50,252 nucleotides of DNA from Candidatus Caccenecus avistercoris (lineage in GTDB: Bacteria; Bacillota_I; Bacilli_A; RF39; UBA660): assembly GCA_018716965.1 (NCBI GenBank), contig DVJF01000036.1, positions 1 to 50,252 on the forward strand, written 5' to 3'. The notes under the pieces are model-generated. The model ran no database searches and had not been told where the DNA came from. It was given only the letters and a program-made list of their open reading frames with translations. The translations under genes and the position numbers were made by a program. Below, piece by piece: positions 46,830 through 50,252 of the stretch. Every line of letters begins with the position of its first letter. Position 1 is the stretch's first letter.

Positions 46830-46872
46830 CAGTAAAATATATGTGTAATATTATTTTTTAGACATAAAAAAA

Positions 46873-47652
46873 CTAAGATAGATGATTTGCAATAGCAGCA
46901 AAATTTTCTAAACTTAGATTTTCAGCACGAATATCTTCCGGTAAATTTTTTTCATTTAGAACTTCTTTTATTTTGTTCCAATCATAGGCTTTTAAATTAT
47001 TTTTTAGGGTTTTTCGTTTCATTTTAAAAGCGTCTTCAATTAATTTGAAAAATAGTGTTTCATTTTTAATTGTTACTTTTTCATTAATTCGTTCGAAGTT
47101 AATAACAGCGCTTTCTACTTTGGGGACGGGATTAAAAGCATACTTGCTAACATCAAATAAATATTTAATATTAAAATAATAATTTAAATAAACGGTTAGA
47201 GAGCCATAGGCTTTGGTACCGGGCTTAGCAGTTAAGCGCTCTGCTACTTCTTTTTGAACTAAAATTGTCATGCTTTTTAATTTTTCAAGACACATTACAT
47301 GTTTAATAATTGGTGTTGTAATATAATAGGGAATGTTGGCAATAATATAAATATTTTCATAATTAAAACACTCACTATCTTTTAAAATATCTGCTTGTAA
47401 GAAATCTTTGAAAATAATTTTTGTTTTTTCATTTTCCATTTTTTTTAAAACTTCTTTTAATCTTTCATCTAGTTCATAACAAATTAGAAAACTATTCTTT
47501 TTCTTTAAGTATTTGGTTAAAGCACCTTGTCCGGGGCCTATTTCAATAATTAAGTCATTATCTTTTGTAGTAATAGAATCGGCAATTTTTTTTAAAATAA
47601 CTTCATCTTCTAAAAAGTTTTGACCTAGACTTTTTTTAGCTTTGATATTCAT
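46873..47652 (-). CDS. rsmA: 16S rRNA dimethyladenosine transferase
   Basis: KKSLGQNFL, EIGPGQG, ANIPYYIT. Confidence 0.97.
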   Translation of the reverse strand: MNIKAKKSLGQNFLEDEVILKKIADSITTKDNDLIIEIGPGQGALTKYLKKKNSFLICYELDERLKEVLKKMENEKTKIIFKDFLQADILKDSECFNYENIYIIANIPYYITTPIIKHVMCLEKLKSMTILVQKEVAERLTAKPGTKAYGSLTVYLNYYFNIKYLFDVSKYAFNPVPKVESAVINFERINEKVTIKNETLFFKLIEDAFKMKRKTLKNNLKAYDWNKIKEVLNEKNLPEDIRAENLSLENFAAIANHLS

Positions 47653-47681
47653 TTAAATCCTTCCTTTTTAAAAGGATGGGT

Positions 47682-48251
47682 TTATTTTTCCCATCCAAAT
47701 CTTAATACATCATAAGTTATACTGCTTCTTCCAACATATTTAAAAGCATACTCTTCACTAGGTGTTAATAGGTCTATATCATTACCTAGAACACCACGGT
47801 CTAGAACAATAGCAATAATTGGTTCTGGACTAATACGAGAATAATTGAAACGAATGATACTTCCACATGGTAGGTTAGAGGAAGAAGCAACAATTTTGAC
47901 TTCTCCATAAGTGTTATCAACGTAAGTGTCTGTACCGTCTCTTACATCTAATCCTGTACAAGCTAGACGTCCACTACAAGCTGGACAATTAGCACCATAT
48001 CCGGTTAAATCACCAGTATAGCTATCTAGGGAGCCCCATAAATATTTTTGTAGAGCTTCTTCATTTGCTTTTTCTTCTTCTTCTTTATTGATATAAATAG
48101 CCATTGTTGATAAATCAACACTTCTATTAATGTTTTCGTTTGTACTAACAGCTTCCATTTTAGATGAAGAAGCACTTATACTAAATAAGACGATTAGTAC
48201 TAAACTTGTTTTTACTATATAATTTAAGTAAAATTTGCTTTTACTTATCAT
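47682..48251 (-). CDS. Secreted 3D-domain-like protein in the yabE position
   Basis: LTGYG..C..C, VA....LPCGS, VLDRG, IDL; between tatD and rsmA. Confidence 0.72.
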   Translation of the reverse strand: MISKSKFYLNYIVKTSLVLIVLFSISASSSKMEAVSTNENINRSVDLSTMAIYINKEEEEKANEEALQKYLWGSLDSYTGDLTGYGANCPACSGRLACTGLDVRDGTDTYVDNTYGEVKIVASSSNLPCGSIIRFNYSRISPEPIIAIVLDRGVLGNDIDLLTPSEEYAFKYVGRSSITYDVLRFGWEK

Positions 48252-48292
48252 CTTCTCACCTCATTGGTAAACTAATCATATCATAAATCGTA

Positions 48293-49042
48293 TTAAATGT
48301 CAAAAATTCGCATAATATTTTCGTTGGTAATCCTTGCTAATTCTTCTAAACTAATTCCTTTTAATTCACTAATAAATGTAGCTATTTCTTTTATTCTAGC
48401 TGGTTCATTGGGTTTTCCACGGAATGGTTCTGGAGTTAGATAAGGACTATCTGTTTCTAATACTAAATGTTCTAAAGGAAGCTCTTTAATTACTTCTTTT
48501 AATTTGGAATTTTTAAATGTTATTACACCATTAATCCCTAGTAAATAGCCCATTTTAATGTATATTTTGGCTGTTTCAAGAGAACCTGAAAAAGAGTGAA
48601 TAACGCCTTTTATATGGTATTTTTTTAAAGTGTTAATAGTATCTTCTGTTGCTTCTCTAGAATGGATTATTACGGGTAAATTGTGTGTTTCGGCTATTTT
48701 TAATTGACTTTCTAATAATTTTATTTGAAGTGTTTTATTTTCTTTGGTGTAATGGTAATCTAGACCAATTTCACCGATAGCAATTACTTTGGGATTGCTC
48801 AAATTTTCTTCTATAAAAGTTAAATCTTCTTTTTGGTATGTATCAGCGCTTTCGGGATGTATTCCTAAAGCAATATACATATTGTTATAAGTGTTTGCTA
48901 ATGCTAATACTTCTTTGTTACTTTCCCTGTTACATCCATTATTTATTACTCGATTAATGTTACTTTCTAAAGCTCTTTTTAGAATTTCGTCTATATTCTC
49001 ATAATATTCTTTATAAATATGACAATGGGTATCTGTAAACAT
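48293..49042 (-). CDS. tatD: TatD-family hydrolase
   Basis: DTHCH, GIHP, GEIGLD, HSRE, HSFSG, ETDSPYL. Confidence 0.96.
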   Translation of the reverse strand: MFTDTHCHIYKEYYENIDEILKRALESNINRVINNGCNRESNKEVLALANTYNNMYIALGIHPESADTYQKEDLTFIEENLSNPKVIAIGEIGLDYHYTKENKTLQIKLLESQLKIAETHNLPVIIHSREATEDTINTLKKYHIKGVIHSFSGSLETAKIYIKMGYLLGINGVITFKNSKLKEVIKELPLEHLVLETDSPYLTPEPFRGKPNEPARIKEIATFISELKGISLEELARITNENIMRIFDI

Positions 49043-49163
49043 AAAATCACCAAATTTATTATAAGCTATTTTAAATTTTTAGTAAAGATATACTTTCTTA
49101 GTAAAATTTGAGTATACTTCAAGAGATTTTATTTCTTTTTTTAGCTTTTTTTGCTAAAATTAA

Positions 49164-49628
49164 ATGGGTGATAATATTTTGAAAATATATATTGGAAGCG
49201 ATCATAGAGGTGTAGAGTTAAAAAGTAAAGTTATTCGTTATTTAAAAGAAAATGATCTTGATGTCGAAGATATTGGTTTAGAAAATAGTCCTGCGGATGA
49301 TTATCCAAAGTTTGCTTTTAAGTTAGGAGAAATGGTTAGAGATCATAAAGGCTCTTTAGGAATTCTTATTTGTGGGTCTGGTGTAGGTATGAGTATAGCA
49401 GCGAATAAAGTTAAGGGTATTCGTTGTGTTCGGGCAGTAAGTGTTGATGATGCATTTAAAGGTAAAAATCATAATGGAGCTAATGTAATGGCATTAGGTA
49501 GTGAAGTTACTCCAGATTTTAATTTAGTTAAAGAAATGATTGATACTTTTATTACGACAAAAGCTCCAAGTGAAGAAAGACATTTAAAAAGAGTACAAGC
49601 GATAAGAATGTATGAGGAAGAACATTAA
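49164..49628 (+). CDS. rpiB: RpiB/LacA/LacB-family sugar-phosphate isomerase
   Basis: GSDHRG, DYP, ICGSGVGMSIAANKVKGIR, HN.AN. Confidence 0.92.
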   Translation: MGDNILKIYIGSDHRGVELKSKVIRYLKENDLDVEDIGLENSPADDYPKFAFKLGEMVRDHKGSLGILICGSGVGMSIAANKVKGIRCVRAVSVDDAFKGKNHNGANVMALGSEVTPDFNLVKEMIDTFITTKAPSEERHLKRVQAIRMYEEEH

Positions 49629-49810
49629 TGGGCATTGATATATATTTATATGTATTTTTTACTTTACTTTCTATTTTTATCTTTAATGGAGTAAATTGGG
49701 AAAAGTTTATGAAGTCAGGTAAAGTAATAGAAGCTAAATTACTCGTTTTAACACTTAGTTTTGCTTTAAGTTATCTGCTTACTAATTTTGTTTTAGCTTT
49801 TATAGATTAA
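49628..49810 (+). CDS. DUF1146-like small membrane protein
   Basis: Two TMs, NWEKFMK and ALSYLLTNF pattern. Confidence 0.75.
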   Translation: MGIDIYLYVFFTLLSIFIFNGVNWEKFMKSGKVIEAKLLVLTLSFALSYLLTNFVLAFID

Positions 49811-50018
49811 AAGACATACTGTGAAATGATTTATAGTATGTTTTTTTTTATTGCATTTTCTGTCGGAATATGTCGAACTGTTTTTCTTGCTTTTTTAAGC
49901 TAATGTCTCATAATAAATAACTGTTATCTAACTGGTGGTAGCGCCTGCTTTCTTTTATGAGTAGTAGTAACTACTTGGATTTTATTCAGGGGGTTTTATG
50001 AAAGTAGGAGGAGTGTAT

Positions 50019-50102
50019 TTGAACGAAGAAATTAAGTATTTGTTTATTATAATAATTATGCTAATCTCTATTATTAGAGACGAACATAAAAAAAGTCGCT
50101 AG
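50019..50102 (+). CDS. Candidate type I toxin peptide (27 aa)
   Basis: MNEEIKYLFIIIIMLISIIRDEHKKSR; SD AGGAGGAG; upstream stem partly covering the SD. Confidence 0.55.
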   Translation: MNEEIKYLFIIIIMLISIIRDEHKKSR

Positions 50103-50252
50103 CCATAAGGCATAGCGTTTACGGCTCAACACTTTTTAGTGGGGTCAAAAATTAATAATTTCTTCGATAAATAAAGGGAAAAATGGGTATTTTTACCTTC
50201 TTCAAAATTTTTTCCCTTTTTTTGCATCTTTTTTTGCTATTTCTCACAAAAA

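Noticed and set aside
46836..46863. Sporulation sigma promoter for yabG
   Set aside because: CATATATT is present but the -35 spacing is off, so it is too weak to call.
1..50252. CRISPR array, rRNA or prophage structural genes
   Set aside because: No regularly spaced repeats, cas genes, rRNA or capsid/terminase genes seen; integrase and lysin-like genes fit the ICE.

Overview
Very AT-rich DNA from a low-GC, apparently spore-forming Firmicute (Bacilli-like, compact gene order). Bases ~1-38960 form an integrative conjugative element (ICE) whose left end is not visible. From left to right it carries: an IS4-family transposase; a thioester-domain adhesin (internal stop codon) and sortase; a methylase/SNF2 helicase with a tnpV-like gene nested in another frame; a primase; oriT-mobC-relaxase, interrupted by an M23 hydrolase and a lipoprotein; a VirD4/VirB2/VirB6/PrgI/VirB4/CHAP conjugation module; minus-strand cargo (ABC cassette with a small secreted protein, three XRE regulators, a metalloprotease pair); and a right-end module of leader ORF, sigma-like factor, ~430-nt structured non-coding region, small ORF, mazF, excisionase and integrase. 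The element ends at a displaced 3' half of tRNA-Trp. Bases ~39200-50252 are host genes (htrA, Abi_2, cwlD-like amidase, divIC-yabQ-yabP-spoVG-veg-yabG-rsmA-3D protein-tatD, rpiB) plus a candidate type I toxin. The best candidate for an undescribed system is the sigma factor plus boxA-like structured RNA, together with intrinsic terminators inside the transfer operon; this suggests RNA-dependent antitermination (inference). All family calls come from motif recognition by eye; no searches were run.
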